Made by a program: the position numbers and the translations under genes
Shown here: positions 63,560 through 64,000 of the stretch, one piece after another
How positions within the stretch are numbered: the first letter of the stretch is position 1
Layout of the letters: every line of letters begins with the position of its first letter
NCBI GenBank assembly: GCA_013265495.1
Contig: MU058463.1
Location: forward strand, 186,001 to 250,000
From: Vicugna vicugna
Lineage: Eukaryota
Length of the DNA: 64,000 bases
Reading direction: 5' to 3'
The notes under the pieces: generated by a model
Databases searched by the model: none
Told to the model about the DNA's origin: nothing
What the model saw: the letters and a program-made list of their open reading frames with translations, nothing else

Positions 63560-64000
63560 AACATGTCTGACTTGAACCACAGAGAGATTTTCAATGTCAC
63601 CCAAATCAATGGACATTTCTACTGCTATTTCACTTGACTACACTTGGAAACTTTATTTGCAACCCCAGATTTAATGACCACCTTAACTTAACACAGATAA
63701 ATTATACATATTTACTGATAGACTTTAATCCCAAATTAATGCCTTCAAAAATTTTTTAGACTTATCATTAACACATAATATTCAATATATCAAAAACTAA
63801 CATACAGCTTCCTACAAATCTGGTCATTTGTTTTGAATCATCTCTTAATAAACGGCTTTACTGCCTGTTAGATTTTGTAAGGTATCCATGGACAACTCAT
63901 GTTACACTGTCTTCCTAATTCCTTTCAGCTAACTCATCATGAAATTGTCAGTTTTACCTCCAAAATAGCTCTCACAGTTACTACTGTGTCTACTGCTACT
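63560..64000 (+). mobile_element. L2 fragments
   Basis: aaatcaatggacatttct...ttcaatatatcaaaaactaa...tgtcagttttacctccaaaata. Confidence 0.6.

Overview
AT-rich, CpG-depleted placental-mammal DNA, intergenic or deep intronic. A tRNA-Ala-derived SINE (39564-39659) and cetartiodactyl-type L1 3' ends point to a camelid genome (inference from recalled consensus sequences). I cannot support any protein-coding gene; the listed ORFs are short and fall in repeats or low-complexity DNA. The window is a mosaic of L1, L2, MIR, MaLR/ERV LTRs (including a near-complete MLT1 element and several nested insertions), hAT DNA transposons (MER58A, MER53, Zaphod-like, MER5-like) and microsatellites. The most unusual structures are: (1) a 366-bp LTR-like fragment flanked by a 217-bp near-perfect direct duplication (1341-2140), resembling one-ended retroviral integration; (2) a roughly 100-nt imperfect hairpin at 17482-17581; (3) a young solo LTR with tandem CCAAT boxes and two octamer motifs (33951-34523). 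Repeat family names were assigned by eye from memory, not by database search, and boundaries of old repeats are approximate.
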